Shown here: positions 46,736 through 59,652 of the stretch, piece after piece | Layout of the letters: each line of letters begins with the position of its first letter | How positions within the stretch are numbered: position 1 is the stretch's first letter | DNA from: Zancudomyces culisetae HAW-14-8 | Lineage: Eukaryota > Fungi > Kickxellomycota | Reading direction: 5' to 3' | Assembly: GCA_052426225.1 (NCBI GenBank) | Contig: JBNJNM010000015.1 | Location: forward strand, 1,116,001-1,180,000 | Length of the DNA: 64,000 nucleotides | Notes under the pieces: generated by a model | Database searches by the model: none | The model's input: the letters and a program-made list of their open reading frames with translations, nothing else | What the model was told of the DNA's origin: nothing | Made by a program: the position numbers and the translations under genes

Positions 46736-49700
46736 TTATTCCTTTTTCTCCTCAACGGGTGTGATTTTAATCAACAAGTCACCTTGCTCCACCCGATCAC
46801 CAATAGCGATTGACAGATCAGAAATCTTTCCGGCCTTGTGGGCGCTGACGACGGTTTCCATCTTCATTGCGCTGAGAATACATATTGTCTGTCCAACTTC
46901 GACAACATCACCATCCTCTACTCTAAGGTCGACTATCTCTCCAGTCATTGGGGAGCCAAGATCCTCGGCGTTCTTGCTGTTTGCCTTTGTTCTGGTCTTC
47001 ATGGTTGCCTTCACTGTGTTGTCAAGTACGTAAGTAAGTCGCAGTTCTCCATTCACTTCAAAGTATACATCTCTTCTTCCAAGGGCCTCGTTAAGCTGTG
47101 ATACTGTGACAAGCTTTATGACCAATTTCTTACCCTTTTCGATTTCAACTTCGAGTTCTTGGTCGATCTCAAGTGGGTTCAAGAAGTGTGGTGTTTCCAA
47201 GTAGCTGATATCTCCAAACTTCTCTTTGAAGGCCATAAAGTCATCAAATACAGTTGGGTACAGGGCAGCGCTCAACAAGTCAACCTCTCGAATAGAACTG
47301 CTTTGCCATTTCTCTTCAAGCTCCTTTCGCAGCTTATCAAAGTCAAATGGCAGCATGTCTATTCCTGGTCGCTTGTCAATTCTTGCAAGATTCTTAATAA
47401 TCTTTGATCTCAGGGGTTCTGGGAATCCTGCAGATGGTTGTCCTAGGTATCCTTGGAAGAATTCAACAACAGAGCTGGGGAAGGATAGGGTAGAAGCCTT
47501 TTCCAAAACTTCTTCGGGCTTCAAGCTGTTTGAAACAATGAACTGAGCAAAGTCGCCTACAACCTTACTACTTGGAGTAACCTTTACAATATCACCACAC
47601 AGCATGTTGGCCTGCGCGTATGCTGTCTTTACCTCATTCCATCTCATTCCCAATCCCAAGCTTTGGGCTTGGAACATCAAGTTGGTGTACTGACCACCAG
47701 GCATTTCGTGGTAGTATACCGAGGTATCTGATGCCTTGACTCCAGGATCAAAGCTAGCATAGAGTATTCTTACTTGTTCCCAATATGAGTTAAGGCTGCG
47801 TATAGTGTCAAGGGAAATGCCAGTATCCAGTTCAGTACCCTGTACAGAAGCGACAAAGGCACCCATACATGGTTGAGAGGTAACACCAGACATACTGTCA
47901 AGTGCCAGATCTACAATATCGGCGCCTGCACGAGCAGCCTCCAGCATAGATGTCACACCTGTACCGGCAGTATCGTGGGTGTGAACATGAATTGGAAGGT
48001 CTGGATGCTTCTTGCGGATTTCTGAAATCAGTAGTTTAGCAGCCTGAGGTTTGAGAAGACCTGCCATATCTTTAATACCAAGAATATCAATGTCCAATGC
48101 AACCAACTCGTCAACCAGGTTCATGTAGTACTCAAGTGTGTAAATAGAGTCGGGTCGAGGATTTGAAACATCTCCAGTGTAGCAAATTGCGGCTTCGACC
48201 ACACCGTTCGCTTTTCTGACAGCGTCGATTCCAAGTCTCATGTTCTCAATGTAATTTAGCGAATCGAAAATTCTAAAGACGTCAACACCGTGGTCACGGG
48301 CTTCTTTACAGAATTTGTAGACTACATTGTCAGGATATGAAGTATATCCAACAGCGTTAGCACCTCTAAGTAGCATTTGGAATGGAACGTTTGGTACCAA
48401 CTTTCTCAACTGGTCCAATCTGTCCCAAGGATCCTCGTGCAAGAATCTCATGCAGACATCAAAGGTAGCACCACCCCACATTTCCAAAGAGAATGCATTG
48501 GAGAATGCATGGCTAGTTGTAGCTGCGATTCTTTTCATTTCTGCTGTTCTAAGCCTAGTTGCCATCAACGATTGATGGGCATCACGCCACGTAGTATCGG
48601 TAATCAAAACACCCTTGTGCGCTCTGATGGCTGCTGCAAATGCCTTGGGTCCCTTCTCCAACAAGACTTGCCTCCACCCTGGTGGTGGTTTGGTGGTGAC
48701 ATCAATGACTTTTCCATCGTTTCCAATGACTTGGGGAACAATTGGAACCTCAAGTCCTGGAAGTGCGGGTCTAACTTGTCCCTGTACATTACTTCCGTTA
48801 ACAACCATGTCACCCAAGAATGCCAAAAGTTTAGTTGAACGGTTTCGGAACACATGTGTATCCAACAACTCTGGAGTATCATCAATAAATGTGGTCCAGC
48901 AGTCTCCTGAAATAAACACCTTGTGTGACAATAGTCTCTGGACAAAACTCATATTTGTCTTTACTCCTCTGATACGGAATTCAACCAAAGAAGCTAGTGT
49001 TCTTCTTCTGGCCTTTTCAAATGTAGATCCTGAGCATGTAAGCTTCACAAGCAAAGAGTCATAATGAGGTGTAATTACTGACCCAACAAAGCCAGATCCA
49101 CCATCAAGACGAACTCCTGGTCCTCCTGGAGATCTGTAAACCTCAATACGTCCAACATCAGGCTGGAATCCGTGTAATGGATCTTCGGTAGTTACTCTAC
49201 ATTGGATTGCGTAACCATATAATTTTATATTCTCCTGGCTCAAGTTGAGGCTCTTCAAAGTGCGGCCAGATGCAACGTAAAGTTGCATTGCCACAAGATC
49301 AATGTGTGTGATTTCCTCTGTCACTGTGTGCTCTACCTGAATACGTGGGTTGATTTCAATAAAGTAATGGCGACCCTGTTTGTCAACCAAGAATTCAGCT
49401 GTTCCTGCATTTCTGTACTTGACGAATTTAGCCAACTTTACCGCATCGTTAAGAATCTTTTGTCGCAATTCATCATCGATTGAAACTGCAGGTCCAAACT
49501 CCACTACCTTTTGGTATCTTCTTTGAACACTACAATCTCTTTCAAAAAGATGTACCACATCGCCTGTTCCATCACCAAGTAGTTGGACCTCAATGTGCTT
49601 TGGTCGCTCAACGTATCTCTCAATGAACACTGTACCGTCTCCAAAGCTAGCAAGTGCTTCAGAGGTAGCTCTTTCAAAGCTTTCCTGCAATTCAGACATC

Positions 49701-50479
49701 TTATGCACAACTCTCATACCACGTCCACCACCTCCCATAGCAGCCTTTATAATAACTGGAAATCCGTGCTCTTCAACAAACTCAACAGCCTGTTCGTGTG
49801 TAGAGATAGGTCCGTCGGTACCGGGTACTACAGGAATACCACAATCGATTGCTACTTCTCTCGCTTTGATTTTGTCTCCTACTCTTTCTATTGTTTCTGG
49901 TCTTGGGCCAACCCATCTTATCCCAGCATCTTCAACTTTCTTTGCAAACTCTGAATTCTCTGCGAGAAAACCATATCCTGGATGGATAGCATGACAGCCA
50001 CTCTTCAATGCTATTGCCAAGATTTCATCCTGTGCCAAATATGCACCTACTGGTGAAAATTGACCCTTAACCCCTATCTGATAGGACTCGTCAGCCTTGT
50101 ACTTGTGCATTGATAACCGGTCATCATATGAGTGAACTGCAACTGTAGACATTCCTAGCTCGTGAGCCGATCTTATGATTCTCATGGATATCTCTCCACG
50201 GTTAGCAATCAATACTTTGTTGAATCCCTTGGTGATAAGATCACTGGTTTCAGAGAGATGTTCCAGACCAGCTTCATTGGGAATGTGATATCTTTGCTCT
50301 ACTTCGTTGTTGTTGAACCGACTTGCTCTTTCAACGGCAGGTGTTGAGTCCCTTGAGACCTTTGGTGTATCTGCATAAGAAAAGTTACCAAAGTCCAACC
50401 TAACTTGCTCGTTTTCCTTGCTTGAATCAGCATTTTGTGCGAGCGCCTGAAGGCTTGTAGTTGAGTTTACTCTACTCAT
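46736..50479 (-). CDS. PYC: Pyruvate carboxylase
   Basis: Biotin carboxylase domain (IANRGEI, HPGYGFLAEN, RDCSVQRR), carboxyltransferase domain (RDAHQSL, EMWGGATFD, HVHTHD) and biotin-attachment AMKM. Confidence 0.98.
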   Translation of the reverse strand: MSRVNSTTSLQALAQNADSSKENEQVRLDFGNFSYADTPKVSRDSTPAVERASRFNNNEVEQRYHIPNEAGLEHLSETSDLITKGFNKVLIANRGEISMRIIRSAHELGMSTVAVHSYDDRLSMHKYKADESYQIGVKGQFSPVGAYLAQDEILAIALKSGCHAIHPGYGFLAENSEFAKKVEDAGIRWVGPRPETIERVGDKIKAREVAIDCGIPVVPGTDGPISTHEQAVEFVEEHGFPVIIKAAMGGGGRGMRVVHKMSELQESFERATSEALASFGDGTVFIERYVERPKHIEVQLLGDGTGDVVHLFERDCSVQRRYQKVVEFGPAVSIDDELRQKILNDAVKLAKFVKYRNAGTAEFLVDKQGRHYFIEINPRIQVEHTVTEEITHIDLVAMQLYVASGRTLKSLNLSQENIKLYGYAIQCRVTTEDPLHGFQPDVGRIEVYRSPGGPGVRLDGGSGFVGSVITPHYDSLLVKLTCSGSTFEKARRRTLASLVEFRIRGVKTNMSFVQRLLSHKVFISGDCWTTFIDDTPELLDTHVFRNRSTKLLAFLGDMVVNGSNVQGQVRPALPGLEVPIVPQVIGNDGKVIDVTTKPPPGWRQVLLEKGPKAFAAAIRAHKGVLITDTTWRDAHQSLMATRLRTAEMKRIAATTSHAFSNAFSLEMWGGATFDVCMRFLHEDPWDRLDQLRKLVPNVPFQMLLRGANAVGYTSYPDNVVYKFCKEARDHGVDVFRIFDSLNYIENMRLGIDAVRKANGVVEAAICYTGDVSNPRPDSIYTLEYYMNLVDELVALDIDILGIKDMAGLLKPQAAKLLISEIRKKHPDLPIHVHTHDTAGTGVTSMLEAARAGADIVDLALDSMSGVTSQPCMGAFVASVQGTELDTGISLDTIRSLNSYWEQVRILYASFDPGVKASDTSVYYHEMPGGQYTNLMFQAQSLGLGMRWNEVKTAYAQANMLCGDIVKVTPSSKVVGDFAQFIVSNSLKPEEVLEKASTLSFPSSVVEFFQGYLGQPSAGFPEPLRSKIIKNLARIDKRPGIDMLPFDFDKLRKELEEKWQSSSIREVDLLSAALYPTVFDDFMAFKEKFGDISYLETPHFLNPLEIDQELEVEIEKGKKLVIKLVTVSQLNEALGRRDVYFEVNGELRLTYVLDNTVKATMKTRTKANSKNAEDLGSPMTGEIVDLRVEDGDVVEVGQTICILSAMKMETVVSAHKAGKISDLSIAIGDRVEQGDLLIKITPVEEKKE

Positions 50480-53072
50480 GCTGAATTACTTTTTTTTTTT
50501 TTCCTTTTTGAAGGTGCGATGCTTAAACACAGTAATATGTTACTCGGATGGAACTATCTAATCAAATAGTATTTACTCTTTTTTGTGTTTTCTTCTTCTT
50601 TTGGACTATATTAACACCTAAAAACTTTACTCAGTGTGGAATTATAAGCTGAAACTTGAAAAATCAAAATCCTGTTTTATCTTTCTCAATTTATAAATTT
50701 CTTCTACTGTGGTATTTATCCGTTTAACCGCACTTTTTTTATTTTGTGTCTCACAATCCACCATGTGTGCTTTGATTCCAGTTTGGAATATCTATTTTCA
50801 GGAATTTCTTTTTTTCATAATGCAAGTTTTTCAAACAGTTTTGTATTTTGCCCGCATTTTTTTTTAATTTCAGAATGGCTTATTGGTTGGCTTCAATTCA
50901 AATTCAGGTTCATGAAAAAGGAAAAAGATTATGCGCAAATTTCAATGGAACTATGTATTAAATACACGCACATTTTTAAGCCTCCTGAAAAATACACAGC
51001 AAACCAAAGTTTTTTTCGTTGCATTTGTACGATGGTTCCATATTGGCTCTGTGATCTGGAGATGCTTTAAACATGTTTATTTTTCTACATTATATTTTAC
51101 ATTATAGTTAGATAAGCAAAAAAGATTACAAAGGTTATCAAAAAATCAACAGAAAAAATCTAATTACAAGTGTTATGGTATCTTTTGTTATTTAAAAAAA
51201 GGCGCACTGTTAAGATACATATAAGAGAAAATGCTTGGTGTTTACAAATAAAAATGTTCCCATATCCCCCCCCCCTTCCTAGCAGATATATTGCAGATAA
51301 AGTGTCTAACATAAGTTCCGGGTTATTAAGCGGGGTATAGTAGTGTTTATTTTGCACTCCTTATCTACCCATTTCATATTCTTGAACTTGTATTTTCAAT
51401 TTAGTTTTGTGATGTATATCTCTTTTTTTCCTTGATTGTTAAATTGTTGGCAAATATTGTTACAACTGAAAAAAAAAAGTATGTTTGCACATGTTTTTTT
51501 TATTTTCACTTTATTTTTTACGTTTTTATTTTTTAGCTTTATTGTAGGGGCTCACATACCCTAATTTATGTTCAGTTTGAATTATCTCAGTTAAAGTACA
51601 CCTGGAGCATAAAAGAACGATCGATATGGGTGCAGTTAGTTTGCTACTATCGGTGATGACATATTAAATGCCAAAGGTTTGAACAGTGTCTTGCAGTTAT
51701 AGACTACAAAGGAAAGTTTTTATTTATTCATTAGAAATGTAGTTTGATAGCTTGTCCAATGTCATGGAAGTTGAATTAAAACTAAGATTTGTTTAAACTG
51801 TTTTCAATCCAAGAACATAGAAGTTTAAAAGACCCACATTGTATAAGTAAACGTGTTATCAAAAACCATCTTGCAAATTTCAAAACAAATTGTGATTTTT
51901 ATTTTCAAATCATGTATATAGCCAGACTAATTCACAGTTTTCATTGGGATAATATTAGTAATAACAAGAAAACAATTAGTTAATAAGGTAGTTTTGTGAA
52001 TGAACTATTGAGGTACCCAGTCAATAGGCTTTGTGGTTTACGAGACTATATTACTTGCCACCACAAATCCATTTGGTTCTGTGATACAAGAAAACTAAGT
52101 TTCATTAACATATTTATAATCCACATTTATAAACAGACATCGATAGGAATCATGTTGGTATCATATGTGGTATCGACCATGGTAAAATAATATGCCACAG
52201 ACATGACATAGCCATGTTACTCAAAATAAATATGGGGTTTCTTTTTTTTCGAAGCCATTTCAATTAAGGGTGTTCACGCACTTAATTTTAACATAGGCTG
52301 CCTACTCTGCAATCAAATACACCCTAAACTAACACTGCTAGTTTCAAGAGTACAGTAACGCCTGTATAAAGAAACAAAGTATATAGCTCGATTGGGAGTC
52401 AAGTTAATAGCGTGGTTAGCTGTCATTTAAATAAAAAATTGTAAATAACATTGTAAGTAACGCTGTAGTTCTGCTGTAGAGGATAAATGGTCTACTTCAA
52501 TGGGTTTGAAAATTGGTAAGCCTTGGGCCAAAAAAAAATTTTTGTGTAGCAATTCGAAGTCCCAACTGCACCACATACTGAGGGGTTACTTTGTTTTTTT
52601 GTGCTTTTACATTCAAAATATTTTTAAAGCTTATGGACAAGCATCGTTGGCGGTCAAAAACTCGGTTATAATTCAGCTGTTATATCATACCACCATCCAT
52701 GTTTTTTTTTTGTACGTTTTTGTTTGCATAGCGACTAGTGGTATAATTTTGGGTTTGCAATCAGATTTTGAGAACCGATTTTTGTTTATTGGAGTTACAT
52801 AATGCTGGTTTTACAATCCGAAATAGCCCAAATGGTTTATGCAATTTTTGCCGTTGTTTGTATATTTAACCAAATAGCACATACAAAGTGGGCCTAATGT
52901 GATGTTATATGTGATGAATATGGAACTGTGCTGCAATATATATTATGATTAAAAGTGCAGGTTAACATCTTTTGCGATTTTGTAGTAAAAGGACATCCTT
53001 TCCTTAAAATAATATTTAGCATGATAAATGAACCAAACAGTGGGAAAAGATCAACTAAAAAGAGTGTAAATA

Positions 53073-53462
53073 ATGATTTCAGAGTTTTATATTGTATCTA
53101 GTGGGGTTAATGACTACCCTGATCATGTACGAGAAAGAGGAAGAAATTCCAAAGAAGGTCGAAAAAGAACACAAAGAGAGGAGCTTGAGAAGAAGGCGAG
53201 GGATGCAGAAAAACGCAGGGATGCCTACTACAACCGCGTATCAGAGAAATGCAAAAGACATAACAAGTATGCCGAGGTAGTAGCAAGAGCCCAAAAGGAC
53301 TCTGATGGCAGAGCAAGCGCGTATCTCCTCGAATCCAGCTTAAACGAGCAGCAAAATCGTGTAGCTACAAGAAGAGAGAAGCGTCTTCAAGAGATTGTGG
53401 ATAAAAACCGGAAAAGTATCCAACATGCTAGAAGAGTCTCGTTTGACAACAGAATCGACTAA
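53073..53462 (+). CDS. Small coiled-coil protein, stathmin-like (129 aa)
   Basis: Intact ATG-TAA ORF with coding-like composition in an AT-rich intergenic region. Two internal repeats align by eye with stathmin tubulin-binding repeats. Confidence 0.65.
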   Translation: [129 protein letters not shown]

Positions 53463-54379
53463 ATTCCATCCTTTAGGAGTTGCTTGTAGGTTTACTTCCA
53501 GCAGTATGATTACTCTTGTCAAGTCGTACTGCACCTTTAACTTGTTCTCTATCTCTAATATTTTACATTACCAATATGGTTTTGCTAAAGATACCAAATG
53601 TATTATGCTTCACTAGTAGCTGATTAATCTTTCGAGGTATTTTACTTTAATAAAATGTATGAATAAATATTTACAATTAACGCCCGACTCTTGGAGTAAC
53701 ATGTACATAAAAGTTGGTTAAACGAGCACTGGTTTGAGCGATAACATCTATAAAAACAACGGCAGCTACAACCCCTTAGAGCTGTTGAGAGGTGTGGATG
53801 TTCAAAGACGAGTAACTTTAATTGATTTATCATCATCTATCCTAGTAAGTAAGGCATCAATTCAAAACTGCTGTAGCTATTATGAACATAAAATTTTTAC
53901 ACATTCGGGTGACGCCCCTAGTTTCATGGGTTTTCTATCATCATACTATCATATTATGGTTTTTATACACCAGTTCAGATGTACATTTTACGTATATGGG
54001 ATTTGAGGGAACCAGGTGTGAAGAAGGATAACGATTAGAGATTATTTACTTGACAATTACCTATACTTTATATACTCACATTACTAGAAAATATTAAGAA
54101 GCATAGTTATTAAATACACTAATTACAAGAGAGAAAGTAGGTTTAAAATACTACAACCCGCTACACTCCTTTGACCAGAGCCATAGAAAATGGGTATCCT
54201 AAATAAACTGATGATCTTCCAATAACATTATAAAATCCACTTGAATTGAACCTCTAAACACAGCCTTTTTTTTCAGTTGCATAATTTTTTTCCAGCAATT
54301 TGCAGAACAAATTTGGGCTTAAGAGTGAGTGTTTTTGCTAGAAAAAAATAAAAACGAGTTTTTGGTAAACAACATAAAG

Positions 54380-54607
54380 ATGTTTGGATTTGAGCAGTCA
54401 AAGTACGAGATTAGTCAAGAGGATATCGATGGAGTCGCACAATTTCTCCAAGAAAAGCACAGAAACAACAAGATAACAAACAAAGATTCGCAGAATGAAT
54501 CAAAAAGCATGAATGAAGATTCTACCGGACACTCGCATGTTGAGGATTTCGAAAAAATGCTAATGTCGAGAAAAGATCTGAATGTTAACACCAGAATCGG
54601 GTTGTAA
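54380..54607 (+). CDS. Hypothetical small protein (75 aa)
   Basis: ATG in an A-rich context, hydrophilic protein-like composition (MFGFEQSKYEISQEDIDGVAQFLQEKH...). No recognised family. Confidence 0.4.
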   Translation: MFGFEQSKYEISQEDIDGVAQFLQEKHRNNKITNKDSQNESKSMNEDSTGHSHVEDFEKMLMSRKDLNVNTRIGL

Positions 54608-55248
54608 AGATTCATATTTCTTTTTTGTTTTAACATAAAAGTTTTTGGAAATGTGCAAAGGGTAGGAATGGTGGTGGTGATGGTGGGGGGGGGGGGGCAC
54701 ACACCCTTTCCCTCCAGGAATGCGCAGCAGACAACTCTTACATCACTTAAGCCAGAAAAGTGATCACTAGCTACGATTAGAAATATTCATGATAGTCCTC
54801 TCTCAATTGTATTTGTATAGATTTACTAGATTTCAATAAAAAACTACAACTAAAGAGTAGAAGCAAGGCAGATAAAAGCTTGGTTTGGTTTGCAGCTCTG
54901 AATTTAAAATCTATTCTTTGTTTTTTTGTTTGAGCACGGTATATTGGATAAGAGTCCACTAGGATTTTTGATGTATATGGTGAAGTACGGGATATGTAGT
55001 TTGTATACACTTAAAAGTAGACGCTTAATAAATATGGTTAATCTGCTAGCGGTTTGACATTTCACTGTTTTTATCGGGTTTACTAAAAATATACGATAAT
55101 TAATAAAGGATAAAAAAAATTAAATCGATTTATGTGGAATGCTGACCGAAAACAATTCACTCTTTAACATTAAAAGTAAAATAAAAAAAACTGTATAAAT
55201 CGAAATTGAAGAGTGGGTAGAGGCGCAACAGAACAGAGCAGAGCAGAA

Positions 55249-56469
<1,221 letters not shown>

Positions 56470-57127
56470 TACTAAAAATTGAATTATAATATATATAAAC
56501 CAAATACTTTTGGATGGTTTCTTTTTGCTATTTGTTAAATCTACAAAGCAATGTAAATAAACAAAATATACATATGTGGTACTATCTGCCCGACCAACCG
56601 TGAAGAGTTTTTTTTATTTTAGTAAAACATATTCTATCTGTGCAACTAGCTCTATGCTGTGTGTTTGTACGAAATGTTAAATCGAAAATGTTCTATATTT
56701 TCATCTCATTGTCCTAAATCTGTGATATTGATTGACCTTTCAATGTTTTTTTTGAATGAGTAGGGAAGGATGTGATTTTCGCGTTTATTGGTGTTTTATT
56801 TGGCAAAAAATTGTAATTGCCAAAATTCAAATATGTTTTGAGCGATTTTTATTTTATTTACAATATTATAAAGAAAACAACTTGCATCTAACAATATTTT
56901 CTTCTACAGGTTCTGATCGGTGGTACAAATGTATTCAGCTTTAACAACAAAAATAGTTTAAAGGAAATAACAATATAAGAATTGAAGAGTTTAGGCGTGG
57001 AAACACACAAAAATCGAATAGGGCGATAAAATCAATAATTTCATCGAATCTGGAAACACAAAGAGGAAAATAAGGGGAGAAAAGCGAGATATAAACAGCG
57101 TGTTTCACAGAGTTATAATGCGCTAGA

Positions 57128-59547
57128 ATGAACAAGTTGTTTGTAAATAGAATAACAGAGGAGTGTAAAATTATCAAGGCAGATTCACCTCCCGAAATCG
57201 AATGTTTTCCATGTGAAGAAATTAATCGATTTGAAGGGCGTAAGTTGATGCAATACTCATGTATATTTTGGAGAGGAGAAGAGCGGAGAAGGAAGAGAGC
57301 AACGATGGTATATGTACAAAAATAAAAAGTTTCAATATACTTTTTGGTTCAAGTATACCGCAAAGGGATTTTTTTACTCAAAAAGAAAAGAAAAAAAAAA
57401 CGTTGCAAAGGCTAAAGAGTGAATCTGCAATTAAACATAGGTATCAAGGGTCCGCCTGGGTCACCATACGAAGGAGGTGTTTTTGTTCTTGAAATAAATC
57501 TGCCTAACGAGTATGTGTATAACTACAGTTATAAAGATAAACTGATATGATATTAGAGTTTCTATATGTGTGTATGTGTATATGTTGAAAGCAAAAATCA
57601 GCTGGTAGTGATTAAATGAACGCGTTTATTTGGAACTAGTAGAAAAAGCCATCCATACTCGCGTTGGAATGTCACAAAACAATTGACTATCTTTTTCCTA
57701 GTTTATGCAAGCTATTTAACACCAAAAATTGAAAAATAAACAAATAGCTACCCATTTGAACCTCCTAGTATCCGGCTCAAGACGCCAATATATCATCCAA
57801 ACATAGATGAGAATGGTAGAATATGTATTAATTTATTAAAGACGACAGGAGAGGTAGGTCTTTAAATAGAAAGCTTTTGAAAAATTAGTTTAAATAATAT
57901 GCAATACTAATAGGAAAGGTGGACTCCCGGAGAGAATATTTTGAGCGTGCTAATGGGAATAATGGTATTAATGGGGGAGCCTAACACCCAAGATCCACTG
58001 GTTCCAGAAATAGTAAGATTTCCAATTTTCTGACTTGAACGTGTGCTAGAAATTAATTGTGTTTGTTGGTATATTGACAGCCACGGTGTTGACACATTAA
58101 ATTACTCATTAACTTATCGTCCTAGCAAAATGACTTTGACACTTTGCAGTTTTAGATGCAAAATGTGAGAGAGGGTGAAAATTGTAAAAAGAAAAAATTG
58201 ATTTGTGATACACTATTTAACTATATTTTGAAGGCAAGAGAGTATGACCGAGACAAAGCAACGTTTACATTCAAGGCAAAATCATGGACAGAGAAATATG
58301 CCATGGGCGGGGAGGCAGTTGAGGTAATCTCTACTAAGTTTGTTTTGTCTTGTTAAGTTTTGTGTTTATTCCGTGTTTATATTCGGTGTTTATGATCTAT
58401 GACTGACCTGGTATTAACTTATCATTTCACTTTCCTCAGTATTTATTTATTTTCAATTTATTGTTAAAACAATGTGTAAATATATAACTAGGACAAGGTG
58501 CGAAGGGATGGTGATGAAGATGATTCAATGTTGGTAGATATAAAAAGTATCAGTAATGGCAAATACGGGATAATGAACAAGAATAGGGGGCGGCTAAAAC
58601 TAGCAACCAAGAAAATCCAGACCAATAAAAGAGAGAAAACGGCTGTTAGTGTAGATAATAGAAAGGAAGCGACGTCTGAGGAAGGGAGTAAAAGCAAAAA
58701 TACAGTTTCAGATGCCAAAAGTAATGCACACAATGGTACTGGTCAGGTGGGTAATAATAGTGCTAATGTTGATGGAGGTGAGCCTGGCGGTGGTAAGAAA
58801 AGGAGTTTGGGAATGCGAAGAATCCGACCTCTTTGTACTCTTAGTAATGAAGGAGATGAGAATAAAAGTGGCCAAAACAAAAAACTGAAGTTGAAGAAAA
58901 CTGATACGGGCGGTACAAGCAAGCAGCAGCCATTAGTGAAAGAAAAGGAGGAGGAGGAGGGGGAGGAGGAAAATGGTATGGAAACAGATACTGCAACACC
59001 AGTTTGTGAGACGTCTGTTGTTGGAGGGGAATCTGAAAATGTGAGTGGGGTGAGTGGCGAGTCTGACAATAAATCAAAGGCTGAGAATAAAATTAAAACT
59101 AAGGCGAAAGCAAAACCAAAAGCCAAAATGAAACCTAAACTAAAAACCAACACTAACTCAAACTCAAATTCAAAACCCAATAAAGATGCCAGCAGGTTAT
59201 CTGAAGATAACAGAAACGTTGAGAATAGAGATAAAATTATGACAATAGAGACAACAGCCACCAGTGAGCAAAACCAACGTATAGAAGAATCACACACAAA
59301 AATCCAAACAAAGTATGGAAAACAAAATGAAAAGAGTTTTATCGGTTCCAATACCACTGAGAAGTTGGCGGCGTCTGACAGTAACTATAATAGTTGTGGT
59401 AGGGATGATAAAAGCGTCGATGTTGAGCGAAGTTGTAATATACCTGGGCAGCCAAGGTTTACCAGAGAGATTGTTGTTGAGGGATTACCGCCAATTATGA
59501 AAAGTTCAAAGTTGTATTTACTAAAGAAAAACAAAAAAAAACAATAA
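57128..59547 (+). CDS. Ubiquitin-conjugating enzyme (UBE2T-like) with long disordered C-terminal tail; exons 57128-57239, 57441-57510, 57748-57853, 57914-58012, 58234-58323, 58492-59547
   Basis: Spliced UBC core: [12 protein letters not shown]...YPFEPP...[20 protein letters not shown]...W...EPNTQDPL...AKSWTEKYA. The last exon joins the 58498 ORF in frame. Confidence 0.85.
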
Positions 59548-59652
59548 ACAATAAACAAGAACAATCTAATGAATGAATGAATGAGAGTGATTTTTATTGC
59601 AATAAGAAATGAGACATGAAGATAACAATATAAAAACAAAGATATAATGGAA

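Noticed and set aside
46761-50347. Numerous plus-strand ORFs opposite pyruvate carboxylase (likewise opposite SCC3, the ankyrin gene and DCTN1)
   Set aside because: Expected antisense ORFs arising from codon bias of long genes.
53734-54006. 90-aa ORF downstream of the stathmin-like gene
   Set aside because: TTG start, no recognisable motif, and no supportable exon structure.
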